A stretch of DNA of 64,000 nt from Candidatus Parcubacteria bacterium. GTDB lineage: Bacteria; Patescibacteriota; Patescibacteriia; Patescibacteriales; UBA12075. Made by a program: the position numbers and the translations under genes. The stretch is taken from the NCBI GenBank assembly GCA_023142215.1, contig JAGLJW010000022.1, forward strand, positions 3,315 to 67,314. The letters run 5' to 3'. Under the pieces are notes generated by a model. It had not been told where the DNA came from. It searched no databases and was given only the letters and a program-made list of their open reading frames with translations. This document shows, one piece after another, positions 1-10,517 of this stretch (within the stretch, counting starts at the first letter, position 1; every line of letters starts with the position of its first letter).

Positions 1-1415
1 TAATCATTACTGTCCAACATTGATAAATAATTATCAATTTCAATATACTCATTATCTTGAGAAATATTACTCCACATAGAATTATGAAATAAATTTTCTC
101 GCTCTTTTCTATCAAAAGATCCCATCCATCTTATATCACGATATTCCCTTTTTCCATAAAAACCTTTTATAAAAGATTTTGCTTTAAAATCAAAGCTAAT
201 GTTTTTATGCGATGTTGGAAGATATGAAATAATTTTTTCAATTATCTTTTTTCTAACAAACAAAGGTATCTTGTCGTAAAATTCAACCATCTTATGAGCA
301 ATAAATGTGTCATAGCCACAAAACAATTCATCTCCTCCGTCACCACCAAGCACAACTTTTACTTTAGAACTTGCAAAATTAGAAAGTAAATATGTCGGCA
401 GAATGGAAGAATCTGCTATTGGCTCATCTAATTGACTAGCTATTTTTGGAATTATTTCTAAACATTTTTTACTATCTAATATTTCCTCACTATGATCAGT
501 GCCTAAATATTTTGCAACTTGCCTTGCATAATTTGATTCATCAAAACTTGATTCCTTGAAACCAATAGAAAATGTTTTAATCTTTTTATTACTATTTCTT
601 TGAGCATAATAAGCTATCGCACTACTATCAATTCCACCACTTAAAAAAATACCCAAAGGAGCATCACTAATTAATCTTCGTTTTACAGCTAAATTAAATT
701 TTTTATCCAACTCTTTGACAGCATTGTCTAATTTAAAATCACAAGTACCATTATTAAATTTAATATTCCAGAATTTATTTATCTTTTCTTTCTGTCCGTC
801 AAAAACTAAAAAATTAGCTGGTTCTAATTTTTTTATATTTTTAAATATAGAATCTGGCGTAGGTACATATTCATACATTAAGTATTTATTCAAAACTTTC
901 AAATCTAATTCTTTTTTAAACAAAGGATATTTCAATATTGCTTTTACTTCAGAGGCAAAAATTAAATTATTTCCTAATAAAGAATAATACAAAGGTTTTT
1001 TTCCCATTCTATCTCGTGCTAAAATAATTTTAGATTTTCTTTTATCATAAATGGCAATAGCAAACATTCCATTCAATTTTTCAAAAACTCTTTCCCCTAT
1101 TTCCTCATATAAATGAATTATTACCTCTGTATCAGTATTGCTTTTAAAATTGTGTCTGCCTTTTAATTCTTCTCTTAAGTCCTTGAAATTATATATTTCA
1201 CCATTAAATACAAGCCAAACAGTATCATTTTCATTACTCATTGGCTGATGTCCAGCTAAACTTAAATCAATAATAGATAATCGCTTATGACCTAAACCCA
1301 CGTTTTTATCCACAAAAAAACCCTCATCATCGGGTCCTCGATGATGAAGTGTTTTTGTCATTTCTGACAGTGCATCTCTATTCCCTTTTCCAAAATAACC
1401 CGCAATACCACACAT
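1..1415 (-). CDS. asnB: Asparagine synthase (glutamine-hydrolysing); N-terminus in window, C-terminal end runs off the window start
   Basis: Absent from the ORF track because it has no in-window stop. My reverse-complement translation from the ATG at 1415-1413 gives MCGIAGYFGKGNRDALSEMTKTLHHRGPDDEGFFVDKNVGLGHKRLSIIDLS, a class-II Ntn amidotransferase start. A PP-loop SGGIDSS lies at about 621-641. Confidence 0.85.
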   Translation of the reverse strand, partial: MCGIAGYFGKGNRDALSEMTKTLHHRGPDDEGFFVDKNVGLGHKRLSIIDLSLAGHQPMSNENDTVWLVFNGEIYNFKDLREELKGRHNFKSNTDTEVIIHLYEEIGERVFEKLNGMFAIAIYDKRKSKIILARDRMGKKPLYYSLLGNNLIFASEVKAILKYPLFKKELDLKVLNKYLMYEYVPTPDSIFKNIKKLEPANFLVFDGQKEKINKFWNIKFNNGTCDFKLDNAVKELDKKFNLAVKRRLISDAPLGIFLSGGIDSSAIAYYAQRNSNKKIKTFSIGFKESSFDESNYARQVAKYLGTDHSEEILDSKKCLEIIPKIASQLDEPIADSSILPTYLLSNFASSKVKVVLGGDGGDELFCGYDTFIAHKMVEFYDKIPLFVRKKIIEKIISYLPTSHKNISFDFKAKSFIKGFYGKREYRDIRWMGSFDRKERENLFHNSMWSNISQDNEYIEIDNYLSMLDSND

Positions 1416-1421
1416 ATTTTT

Positions 1422-2156
1422 TTATTTTTCAGCGTAAATTAATAATGATCCTGAAATTTCTTTAACAATAGGAATTTTTTCCAAAAATATTAATGGAACC
1501 CCTAATATATCAACTAATAAACTAGGCATAATAGGATGTAAAAAATCAAAATTAATTACTTTTATATTTTTATATCCTAATTTTCTTAAAACTTTTTCCA
1601 ATCGCCATCGGAAAAAAGCTATTTCATCAGGCGAGTCACCCATCATCTTTTTTAACCATGGTATATTTTTTTGCAATGCTATTTGAGGATTCATCATATT
1701 TGGCTCCGTAAAAAATATTGACCCACCCACAATTAATTTATTGTATGATCTTTCTAAACATTTTTCATAATCAACATGATGCAAAACAGAGTTTCCTACC
1801 ACATTTGAAAAATAATTATTTGGCAAATTATCTAAAGTCTCCATATCCCCAATTTCTAATTTTACATTATGAAATTTTTTCAAATTGTTTTTTGCAATTT
1901 CCAATAAATGTGGTGACAAATCAATAGCTGTGATGCCTGCTTTTGTATTAGCTAAATTCTTTGTAAACTCCCCAGTGCCACATCCTAGTTCTAAAACCAT
2001 ACTATCTTCTGTTATTTTTCCCATTTCAACCATTAAATCAATTCTCCTTTTCACTCTAAATTTTCCCGCTTTCCCTGAATGTCCCCAAACCTTCTCAGCA
2101 TTTGATGATATTTTTTCTCCGTGCTTAATTTCATTTAATTTTCTTTCATTGTTCAT
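1422..2156 (-). CDS. Class I SAM-dependent methyltransferase
   Basis: 244-aa ORF with motif I VLELGCGTGEFT and a Methyltransf_11/25-like layout. Confidence 0.8.
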   Translation of the reverse strand: MNNERKLNEIKHGEKISSNAEKVWGHSGKAGKFRVKRRIDLMVEMGKITEDSMVLELGCGTGEFTKNLANTKAGITAIDLSPHLLEIAKNNLKKFHNVKLEIGDMETLDNLPNNYFSNVVGNSVLHHVDYEKCLERSYNKLIVGGSIFFTEPNMMNPQIALQKNIPWLKKMMGDSPDEIAFFRWRLEKVLRKLGYKNIKVINFDFLHPIMPSLLVDILGVPLIFLEKIPIVKEISGSLLIYAEK

Positions 2157-2161
2157 ATTTT

Positions 2162-3892
2162 TTAATTTAAAACTTCATATACCTCAACAAAAGGTCCACT
2201 TTTTTCAAGCTGAAGTAAGGTTCTCCATTTTAATGGATTATTTATATAATCTCCAACACCGCTATTAATTAAATTTTTATTTTTTGTTGGATAAAAAGTT
2301 TTAACTAACTTTATGTCATGATATTTTCTAACCTCATACAATACTTCCTCTGTTCTTTTCCTTGTTCTAATCATTGTTCTCTTTCCCTCTTCTCCAGCCG
2401 TCCAATAATCAACTATTATATATTTTGTTTCTCCTCCTCCAAGATTCTCGTATCGGTTATTACCAACATCAAAAAACAAATCGCTTCCGATATTTTCAAA
2501 CTTATCTCTATTTTCTATTATATAATTAATCTTATCAGAAGATTTTATACTATTTTCATTTTTATGGAACAGCGCTGCGTCATAAGACAATTGAGTTGTT
2601 AAATCGTAACTAAAAGAGTATACTACTTCATCTTTTCTAAGCTCATTCTCAATCCAATCAGTCGTTTCAATTAGAGTGTTATTATTTAATAGAGTCAACC
2701 ATTTAGCACTTACAAAGATTGATGGTAAAATCAAAAGAACTAAAATCAGATTTACAAATCTTTTGTTTATTTTTTTATCAATCAAAAAATCAGAGAAATT
2801 TGCAGCTGCAAACGGTACAAGTAAAACTAAAAAAACTAACAACCAGCGAGATACCTCTGGCCCAGAAATTACTGTTATCATTAAGAAATAATAAAACAAA
2901 AATCCTAATAATATATATCTATAATTTATATTTTTAAATATCTTTCTAAATTTTATAATAATTATCAATATAAATAAAGAAAGAAAAACAGGCTCTATGT
3001 AAGATATATCTCTAAAAACATAATAAAATCTTTCATACTTTCCAAGTGAAAATAATCCGATAGCCCCAGCATTTGAACAATAGCTCTCACTAACATTTCG
3101 AATCATTGAAATAATTCCTGAATAACTTGTAATATAAAAAAATAAAACTATAGGAGTGGAAACAAAAACTGATTTAAATACTGTTGATAAATTAAATTTA
3201 TTTCTATTAAAAATAAATCCTAAAATAGGAAAAATAAAAGAAGCTACCCCAATATAATGTATTGAAAAAGATAAAGATGAAAATATTAATGACAAATAAA
3301 AATAATTAAGAGTTTTGTTTTTCTCAAATTTTATTATAAAAAACAATGACAACACTAAAAAGAATATCATTCCATTATGTGCTTTTCCCCAGTGCGACAT
3401 AACTAAAGGAACTAAACTAAAAGCATAAGCTGTTGCTGCATAATAAGCACTTAATTTATTGGAACTAATCATTCTATAAATTTTATAAATTACATACACA
3501 GTTGCTGTTCCAAAAAAAACCGCATACCATCTAATCACTATATACAAATTACCAATACCATTCTGAACAAAATACTCTTTTAATTCAAAGACATTAAAAA
3601 TGCCTTCTCGTAAGGCTAAATAAATAATTCTAACAATAACAACAGGAAAATAAATAAAAGGCAAAAGAATTGGATATTGTGAAGATATTTCAAAAATATT
3701 CCTCGTCTGAATGAAATCCATTAAAGTAGTGATTCCATTCGTTTCGTCCCATATCAATCTCACATTAAATGGATAACCAAAATCTATTCCATAAAACCTA
3801 ACAAAAAAAGCAAACAATAAAATAAAAATCAAGAAAATATTTTCTTTTATTATTTTTGATATTTTTAAAAAATATTCTTTTAATTTTTTCAT
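2162..3892 (-). CDS. Polytopic membrane protein, GT-C (ArnT/PMT-like) glycosyltransferase candidate
   Basis: 576-aa ORF with more than 10 predicted hydrophobic helices followed by a soluble C-terminal domain of about 170 aa. It is embedded in the glycan cluster. Confidence 0.5.
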   Translation of the reverse strand: MKKLKEYFLKISKIIKENIFLIFILLFAFFVRFYGIDFGYPFNVRLIWDETNGITTLMDFIQTRNIFEISSQYPILLPFIYFPVVIVRIIYLALREGIFNVFELKEYFVQNGIGNLYIVIRWYAVFFGTATVYVIYKIYRMISSNKLSAYYAATAYAFSLVPLVMSHWGKAHNGMIFFLVLSLFFIIKFEKNKTLNYFYLSLIFSSLSFSIHYIGVASFIFPILGFIFNRNKFNLSTVFKSVFVSTPIVLFFYITSYSGIISMIRNVSESYCSNAGAIGLFSLGKYERFYYVFRDISYIEPVFLSLFILIIIIKFRKIFKNINYRYILLGFLFYYFLMITVISGPEVSRWLLVFLVLLVPFAAANFSDFLIDKKINKRFVNLILVLLILPSIFVSAKWLTLLNNNTLIETTDWIENELRKDEVVYSFSYDLTTQLSYDAALFHKNENSIKSSDKINYIIENRDKFENIGSDLFFDVGNNRYENLGGGETKYIIVDYWTAGEEGKRTMIRTRKRTEEVLYEVRKYHDIKLVKTFYPTKNKNLINSGVGDYINNPLKWRTLLQLEKSGPFVEVYEVLN

Positions 3893-3898
3893 AATAAA

Positions 3899-5383
3899 CT
3901 AAATAAACTTTATTTTTTTAATAGCAAATACTAACATTTTTAATAATATCCATCCATGTCTAAACCTAGATATATTAGTATCACCATAATCTCTAGCTTT
4001 ATATTTAATTGGAATTTCAATAAATTTTAAACTTAATTTTGAAGATCCGAATATTAAATCAAAATCACCAAAAGGATCAAATTCTCCAAAATATTTTCTA
4101 TTAGCTATTAATTTTTTATAATTGTTTTTTGAAATAACTTTTGTTCCACACAATGTATCTTTTATTCTCTGTCCAAGAAGCCAACTAAACATCAAAGAAA
4201 AAAACTTATTACCAATCATGTTTAAAGTTCTCATAGCCTCATCCTCCATTGGATAAACCAATCTAGATCCATTTATGTATTCTCCTTTTCCTGAGGCAAT
4301 TGCATTATAAAATTTAGGAAGATCCTCTGGCGGAACAGTCAAATCAGCATCTAATATCATAAGAATATCGCCATTAGCCATTTCAAAACCCTTTCTAACA
4401 GCATCCCCTTTACCTTTTCCGTCCTGTTTTGCATATTTGATATCGTAAACACTCTTATATTTTTCATAAACTCTCTTTATCTCCCCATATGTATCATCCC
4501 TTGAGTGACCTTCTATAAAAATTATCTCAATGTGTTTTCCAAAATTAGGCATCCTCTTTACAGCATTTTCTATATTTCCTTTTTCATTGCGAGCTGGGAT
4601 AATTATACTAGTTGAATATTCATTTTTGTCCTCATTGTTTTGTCTTGCTATTATATATCCCGTAAGACAAAAACTATTAATTATCGGCAACTGTGCTATA
4701 AATTTATTTATAAAATTTGAAATCAAAAAAATCTTTTTAGGAAACAAAAACCTTTTACCCTTCTTAATAACATCGTAATTTTCTATATACAGCAAATTAT
4801 TTACATCCCCACCATTCAACCAATTTAATCTTTTTTGTGGCATCTTTAAATTTAATTTTTCCGCTAATTTTAAAAATGGCGACCAAATAAAATTATGATA
4901 TGTTATTATTATTCTAGTGGATGGTTTTGAAACTTTTTTCAATTCTTGAAAAACTTTTTGTATATCCTCAAAATATCCTAATGTATCGGAAATAATAATA
5001 TAATCAAATTTTTCATCCAAAGTAATGTTTTCTGCATCCATTTGATAAAATTTTATATCTGGATAATGATTTTTAGCAATTTCTATCATTTTACTAGAAA
5101 TATCAATCCCCACTCCATGCTTTGGAGACAATTTATTCAATAAATAACCATCACCACAACCAATCTCTAAAATCTTGCTATTATTTAAAATATTATATTT
5201 AAAAAATTTAATTAAATCTTTATAATAATATTTGTTTTTATTTACAAATTTTATTCTATTTAAAGCAATTTTATCACTATGCTTCATTACTTCTTGTTTA
5301 TTCTTTGAAACCTTAAATTGTTTTGAATTGTTTTCACTATTGTTTAATTCCATAAAAGTCAAAATAAAATAATTTATTATCAA
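3899..5383 (-). CDS. Fusion protein: N-terminal SAM methyltransferase plus C-terminal GT2 (dolichyl-phosphate-sugar synthase-like) glycosyltransferase
   Basis: Methyltransferase motif ILEIGCGDGYLL. GT2 motifs IIIPARNEKGNIE and ILDADLT (DxD). The start is uncertain: the Met at 5353 (MELNNSE) would reduce the overlap with the upstream gene. Confidence 0.75.
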   Translation of the reverse strand: MIINYFILTFMELNNSENNSKQFKVSKNKQEVMKHSDKIALNRIKFVNKNKYYYKDLIKFFKYNILNNSKILEIGCGDGYLLNKLSPKHGVGIDISSKMIEIAKNHYPDIKFYQMDAENITLDEKFDYIIISDTLGYFEDIQKVFQELKKVSKPSTRIIITYHNFIWSPFLKLAEKLNLKMPQKRLNWLNGGDVNNLLYIENYDVIKKGKRFLFPKKIFLISNFINKFIAQLPIINSFCLTGYIIARQNNEDKNEYSTSIIIPARNEKGNIENAVKRMPNFGKHIEIIFIEGHSRDDTYGEIKRVYEKYKSVYDIKYAKQDGKGKGDAVRKGFEMANGDILMILDADLTVPPEDLPKFYNAIASGKGEYINGSRLVYPMEDEAMRTLNMIGNKFFSLMFSWLLGQRIKDTLCGTKVISKNNYKKLIANRKYFGEFDPFGDFDLIFGSSKLSLKFIEIPIKYKARDYGDTNISRFRHGWILLKMLVFAIKKIKFI

Positions 5384-6059
5384 TATTACAATTTATTTTA
5401 TCAATAAGACAGCTTTCTCCGAATACTGTTATTGAAAACCCTAAATCTTTTAATAACTTAAAATATTTTTCGGGATTCACACCTGCCTTGTTTAATCCAT
5501 ATGGCCAAAACTCTCCCATCATACTAACCTTTTTTAACTTATTTAAAATATTACTCATTCCCTTAACCGCATAATAGTCATATCCTTGAATATCAATTTT
5601 AACAAAATCAACTCTTTTTATTTTTAAATAATCATCAATTGAGATACACTGAACCTCTGTATAAAATCTGTTCTCACCACTATCGTAAGTTTGATGATCC
5701 ACATTTAAACTATTTGATTTATAAAGTTTTACATTTTTCGTTTCACTACCAACAGCCTTATTTAATAAAATCACATTACTTAATTTTTTTGTATTATTTT
5801 TTAATCTATTAAAATTTTCAATATCTGGTTCAAAAGCATATACTCTCCCATTCTTGCCAACTAATTTTGAGAATAAAATCGTATAAAAACCAATATTTGC
5901 ACCTATATCTAATACAACCATATCTGATTTGACATCTCTCTTTAATAATTTTATTTTGTCTCTATCACTAATTTCCTTATAAAAAAAATATAACGGTCTA
6001 TAGGCAATATAAAAATATTTAAATAATAAATTTCCCAATCTCAAAAAAAATAATTTCAT
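5337..6059 (-). CDS. FkbM-family methyltransferase
   Basis: 240 aa with VLDIGANIGFYT and YAFEP, typical of the FkbM family. Confidence 0.7.
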   Translation of the reverse strand: MKLFFLRLGNLLFKYFYIAYRPLYFFYKEISDRDKIKLLKRDVKSDMVVLDIGANIGFYTILFSKLVGKNGRVYAFEPDIENFNRLKNNTKKLSNVILLNKAVGSETKNVKLYKSNSLNVDHQTYDSGENRFYTEVQCISIDDYLKIKRVDFVKIDIQGYDYYAVKGMSNILNKLKKVSMMGEFWPYGLNKAGVNPEKYFKLLKDLGFSITVFGESCLIDKINCNIDNKLFYFDFYGIKQ

Positions 6060-7213
6060 AAATTTGTTTTATTTTCAATAAAATTAATTATACTTTTTGC
6101 CCTGCTCTCCCATGTAAATTTCTTTATTGCTTCATGAGCATTATATGCCATACTATTTGATAGATCTCTATCATCAATGACTCTTTCAACTCCTTTCAAT
6201 AAGCTTTGACTATCATCAGGTTTCACGAAAATACATTCATCATCTCCTGCTAGCTCTCTTATTGAAACTAAGTCACTCGCAATCATTGGTCTTTTACTTG
6301 CCATATACTCAAATACTTTCATTGGCGACATGAAATAATTATAATGATCGCCTGCGGGAAAAGGAGCAATAACCATATCAAAAGCCTTTAAATATTTTGG
6401 TATCACTGAATTTTTCATCCAGCCAACAAAAATAATTTTATCACTAACTCTTTCGCTATCAGCATATTTTTTATAATAATCAATATCTTCCTTATTTCCA
6501 CCAACCAAAACCAATTTATATTTTTCATCCAATTGCTTCATTGCCTGAATAGCCACATCAATCCCTTTTTCCATACCCATCGTTTTCAACATCCCAACAT
6601 ACCCAATTAAAATTTTGTTCTGCGGAAGCTTTAATTCTTTTCTAGCTTCTTCTTTCGTAATATCCAAATCAAATTTGGCAATATCTACACCGTTAGGATG
6701 AGATAATATTTTATCACTTTTTATATTAAATTTTTTCTCCAATTCAGTCTTTTTCCATTTATTCGTAGTTATAATACCACGCAATTTTTCAAATAACTGA
6801 CTAAATAACGATAATTTACTTCTTGGAAAATCATGCATATCAAAAAAAGAATTTTTCCTTATTTGACTAACAAAAAACATTAAATTTGCTTCATGTGATA
6901 AGATAATATCATCTTTTTTTGTAAATAACAATAAATAAATTAATAAAAAGAATAAATATGTATAAGTTTGAACCAAAAATGAAAATTTTCCCAACCGTAG
7001 CGGCATTATATCCAAACAAGGTAAAGTAATAATTGGAAATTCTTTTTCAGTACCGTAGAAACTAAACGGATTCTTTTTTATTTTATTAAATCTAAACGAT
7101 TTAATAATACACACATCAGCAAAATCACTTAAAGCACTACTAATTTTCATAGATTCTAATCCTTCTGCCTTTTCATTCGGAAATCGTGAATTTATAATAT
7201 AATAAATTTTCAT
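6056..7213 (-). CDS. GT4 (GT-B fold) glycosyltransferase
   Basis: 385 aa with a C-terminal EX7E-type motif, SPMKVFEYMASKRPMIASD. Confidence 0.75.
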   Translation of the reverse strand: MKIYYIINSRFPNEKAEGLESMKISSALSDFADVCIIKSFRFNKIKKNPFSFYGTEKEFPIITLPCLDIMPLRLGKFSFLVQTYTYLFFLLIYLLLFTKKDDIILSHEANLMFFVSQIRKNSFFDMHDFPRSKLSLFSQLFEKLRGIITTNKWKKTELEKKFNIKSDKILSHPNGVDIAKFDLDITKEEARKELKLPQNKILIGYVGMLKTMGMEKGIDVAIQAMKQLDEKYKLVLVGGNKEDIDYYKKYADSERVSDKIIFVGWMKNSVIPKYLKAFDMVIAPFPAGDHYNYFMSPMKVFEYMASKRPMIASDLVSIRELAGDDECIFVKPDDSQSLLKGVERVIDDRDLSNSMAYNAHEAIKKFTWESRAKSIINFIENKTNL

Positions 7214-7267
7214 AAAATTAAAATTATTTTTTCTTTAAACAAAGCAAATTAACTTAAGATAACATAT

Positions 7268-8011
7268 CTACTTTTCTCCAATTATTAAAAATCTAGCTGC
7301 TAAAAGTGTTGGCCAAGTTTTTTTTATAAAATCCCTAGAATCCTTAAAAAATGATTTTTTCCAAAATTCACCAAGGCTCTCTGATAATAATTCAGGCTCA
7401 ACTTGTACATTCTTAAAACCAGCCAAATCAAATGTTTCATATAAATTTTCTCTATTAAACATAGTTTTATGTCCCAAATTATACGGTCTTGGCGGATTAA
7501 ATCCTATTCTATCTTCATTATTAAAATGAGAAATTTTTCCCATCATTATTTCCATTCGGTATCTATAAAAAACAAAATTTGGAACCGTCGCTATACATCT
7601 TCCGCCCTTATTTAGTAAAGGATAAATTCTATCCTTTAAGACTATTATCGGATCAATTAAATGTTCTAAAACATCAGTCACAATTACAACATCAAAAGGA
7701 CCTAACACTTTTACTTCTTCTATGTCATCAATTTCAAAATTTAAATTAAATACTTTCAAATCTTTTTCTTTGCATATCGCCAATGCATCATCTGAAACAT
7801 CTACTCCGATTACATTGTTATTATTTTCCCTAATAGGCAACAAACATTTTCCAGTTCCACAACCAATATCAAGAACTTTTTTACCAGTACCAACAATGTT
7901 TGCAATTCCCACACCAAACTTATTACCTTCAGAATATTCCCCTTTTCCCGTTTTTAGAAATGAAGACCAGCCACTTTTGTATATATCTTTTATTACATCT
8001 TTTTTTGTCAT
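7268..8011 (-). CDS. Class I SAM-dependent methyltransferase
   Basis: Motif I VLDIGCGTGKC and post-I VIGVDVS. Confidence 0.8.
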   Translation of the reverse strand: MTKKDVIKDIYKSGWSSFLKTGKGEYSEGNKFGVGIANIVGTGKKVLDIGCGTGKCLLPIRENNNNVIGVDVSDDALAICKEKDLKVFNLNFEIDDIEEVKVLGPFDVVIVTDVLEHLIDPIIVLKDRIYPLLNKGGRCIATVPNFVFYRYRMEIMMGKISHFNNEDRIGFNPPRPYNLGHKTMFNRENLYETFDLAGFKNVQVEPELLSESLGEFWKKSFFKDSRDFIKKTWPTLLAARFLIIGEK

Positions 8012-8032
8012 ATTTTTAATTTTTATTATTAT

Positions 8033-8075
8033 GGGTCTGTCGCCAAACTACAGTTTTGGCATAAATTTTCAAGAT
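8033..8075 (-). repeat. Family-B intergenic motif, copy A (plus-strand core CTGTCGCCAAACTACAGTTTTGGCATAAATTTTCA)
   Basis: Near-identical to the copy at 54116-54160 and related to the copy at 31217-31260. It lies about 22 nt upstream of the start codon at 8011, in the same orientation relative to the downstream gene as the other copies. Confidence 0.6.
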
Positions 8076-8099
8076 TATTAATACATAATTAAGTTTAAA

Positions 8100-8741
8100 C
8101 TATTTCTCTTTAAGTAAAACCACAAACGATAAAGCAAATAAACCTGGAAAATATTTTGTTAGCATTTTCAAAAACTTTCCTATCATAATCTTATTTTCCC
8201 AAAAAGTATTCATTTTTAGCTCAACAATCTCTAGATTACAATTCTCAAACATCTTCATTAAATTTACATAATTGAACCAATAAACATGCCCCTTGTTAGG
8301 TCTATTATTTTCTGGAACATATCCCTTTAAAACCTGTAATCTTGCTGGCAATGAATTGAAGTTTGGGACACTAATAATTACATTTTGAGAAACTTTAGAT
8401 GCGTCTTTCAAAACTTTTTCTGGAAAAAATAAATGCTCAAGATTATCTAAAATAGTCACATACTCAAATTTATCAATTTGAAATTTGTCCACCCCTTCTC
8501 TTAAATCACCTAATACTACATTTAAATTTTTTTTTCTGCACTTCTCAACAGCCTTATCAGAAAAATCAATTCCATACCCTTCAATTCCCTTTTTTTTTAA
8601 TTTAGACAACAAATAACCATCTCCACACCCAAGATCTAAAACTTTTCCATCTTTTATCATTTCAAGTGTGGCTGAATGTCTAAATTGCATGTTCTGACTG
8701 CCACCAGACCATCTTTCATTTTCAAACTCTTTTTGACTCAT
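8100..8741 (-). CDS. Class I SAM-dependent methyltransferase (MetW-like size)
   Basis: Motif I VLDLGCGDGYLL and GIDFS. Confidence 0.8.
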   Translation of the reverse strand: MSQKEFENERWSGGSQNMQFRHSATLEMIKDGKVLDLGCGDGYLLSKLKKKGIEGYGIDFSDKAVEKCRKKNLNVVLGDLREGVDKFQIDKFEYVTILDNLEHLFFPEKVLKDASKVSQNVIISVPNFNSLPARLQVLKGYVPENNRPNKGHVYWFNYVNLMKMFENCNLEIVELKMNTFWENKIMIGKFLKMLTKYFPGLFALSFVVLLKEK

Positions 8742-9453
8742 TTTTTTTTGCTTTAATTATTACATAATCACCGAATATCCCAAACAAATGTTTTATAACT
8801 GGAATATAATTTATTCCCTCTTCTAATAGACAAATTGGTTTATATATTGCAAAGTTGACTTTTTTAAAATATCTACTAAAAAAGCCTTCATAATATATCT
8901 TTGTAATCTTCAAATTATTCTTTTTTAATGTTCTCAGTATATGTAAAAAAGAAAAAGAAAATTCTATACCATCAGGTGTAGGTTTAATTGATTTATTTTG
9001 CAACAAAAGACGAATAGAAATCGGTTCATAAAAAACAATAGATCCATTAGACTTTGTAACTCTTGAAGCTTCGGACATTGCAAGTTCTGTATTATACACA
9101 TGATGCAACGATGCAAAAAACATTGAACAATCAAAATAATCATTATCAAAAGGTAATTTTTCCATATCACCTTCAGTACATACATCCTCTTTATTTCTTT
9201 CATCAAGAACAGCTCTAGATATATCCAAGGCATAAATATTTGTTGTTATATTTTCTTCTCTTAAAATATTTGTCCAATTTCCTGCACCACCACCAATATC
9301 AAGAACCTTCTCATCACGACCAAATAACACTTTACATCTTTTTCTAAATAAATAAGTCTTCATAATTTTTGTTGGTTGCGACTTATACTTCTCTCCTTCT
9401 TTTGCTATCTTGTACTTTTCTATATTTAATTTTTTTGTATCAACTTTATCCAT
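8722..9453 (-). CDS. Class I SAM-dependent methyltransferase (type 11)
   Basis: VLDIGGGAGNWT and ALDIS. I trimmed the ORF-track start (9531) to the Met at 9453 (MDKVDTKKL), because the longer form overlaps the upstream GT4 gene by 73 nt. Confidence 0.7.
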   Translation of the reverse strand: MDKVDTKKLNIEKYKIAKEGEKYKSQPTKIMKTYLFRKRCKVLFGRDEKVLDIGGGAGNWTNILREENITTNIYALDISRAVLDERNKEDVCTEGDMEKLPFDNDYFDCSMFFASLHHVYNTELAMSEASRVTKSNGSIVFYEPISIRLLLQNKSIKPTPDGIEFSFSFLHILRTLKKNNLKITKIYYEGFFSRYFKKVNFAIYKPICLLEEGINYIPVIKHLFGIFGDYVIIKAKKNESKRV

Positions 9454-9458
9454 AAAAA

Positions 9459-10508
9459 TTATTCGGATATATTTACTATTTTTTTTATCAAACCAGGAAG
9501 ACTGTGATCTGTCTGAATCATCCTCCTCCAATCAACACCTAGCTCCTTCTTTTTATCACTATTCAAATTAAAAATTCCAGATATTTTTTTTGCCAATTCA
9601 ACACTATTCTTCTTTTCAAAATACAACATCTCTCTATAATCAAATAATAAATCTTCCATTAACGCCTCATTACATGTAACCACAGGAAGACCACAAGCCA
9701 TAGCCTCTAAACCAGCCTTATCTAAACTTCCTGTATGACTCAAATTTACAAATACTTCAGACGATTGCAAATACTCAACTATAGTATTATTTGATTTTGG
9801 ACCAAGAAAATTAACTATATAATTCAAATCATTTTCCTTGACATACTTCTTTAAATAACTATAATATCCTTCATCTTCTTCATTCAGTGGTCCACCAATT
9901 ATATCAAGCGAAAATTCTAAATAATCTTTTCTAATTATTTGAATTGCCTCAATTAAGGTTACATAATCTTTTACAGCAGAAATTCTTCCAGTCGTAATTA
10001 TTTTTCTTTTTTTTGGAATATTAGTAGCTTTAAAATAATCTACATCAATTCCGTGCCCAACAACATTGATTTTTTTACTAGATAATCTAAAACTCTTTTT
10101 AGATGCAGTAAAAATTTCATGGACAAATTTTTCAGCTAGTCTTAAATAAATATTCACATTTTTATGTGTATACCAAAGACTAATTTTTTTACCCATCAAT
10201 CTCCACAACGGACCACCTAATACTACATATTCAGGATTCATATGAACAAAAATCGCATCATAATCATTTTTCAATTTCCATATATATTTATAAAAAATTA
10301 AAATATACTTCAATCTCTTATTTCCCATCTCTTTTCCCAAGCTCAATACTTCAACATTATCAGAAAAATTGTATCTTCCCTTTTTCAAGCAAACTACTTT
10401 CACACTCTCACAATGATTTGAAAATTCGTTAATCCATCCATGAAAAAATCCCAAATCATCACCATCAATATTTACTTCCTGCGTAATAATTAATAATTTT
10501 TTTGACAT
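9459..10508 (-). CDS. GT4 glycosyltransferase
   Basis: 349 aa with GSLDKAGLEAMACGLPVVT, an EX7E-like GT-B C-terminal motif. Confidence 0.75.
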   Translation of the reverse strand: MSKKLLIITQEVNIDGDDLGFFHGWINEFSNHCESVKVVCLKKGRYNFSDNVEVLSLGKEMGNKRLKYILIFYKYIWKLKNDYDAIFVHMNPEYVVLGGPLWRLMGKKISLWYTHKNVNIYLRLAEKFVHEIFTASKKSFRLSSKKINVVGHGIDVDYFKATNIPKKRKIITTGRISAVKDYVTLIEAIQIIRKDYLEFSLDIIGGPLNEEDEGYYSYLKKYVKENDLNYIVNFLGPKSNNTIVEYLQSSEVFVNLSHTGSLDKAGLEAMACGLPVVTCNEALMEDLLFDYREMLYFEKKNSVELAKKISGIFNLNSDKKKELGVDWRRMIQTDHSLPGLIKKIVNISE

Positions 10509-10517
10509 ATACTAATA

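Noticed and set aside
715-987. The 90-aa plus-strand ORF. Similar plus-strand ORFs inside minus-strand genes belong here too: 1718-1927, 1885-2268, 2318-2602, 4530-4778, 7722-8081, 13026-13292, 21525-21758, 42150-42581, 56402-56725, 57742-58101, and 59052 to 63591.
   Set aside because: All lie antisense to long genes that carry clear family signatures. Their translations are low-complexity and rich in F, L, I, S and K, typical of the shadow frames of AT-rich coding DNA.
8722-9531. The long form of the methyltransferase ORF (269 aa), and similarly the long N-termini at 38355 (hicA), 15934 (epimerase) and 25678 (pilD).
   Set aside because: The N-terminal extensions overlap the upstream genes by tens of nucleotides and add residues unrelated to the family. 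Internal Met codons give family-typical N-termini.
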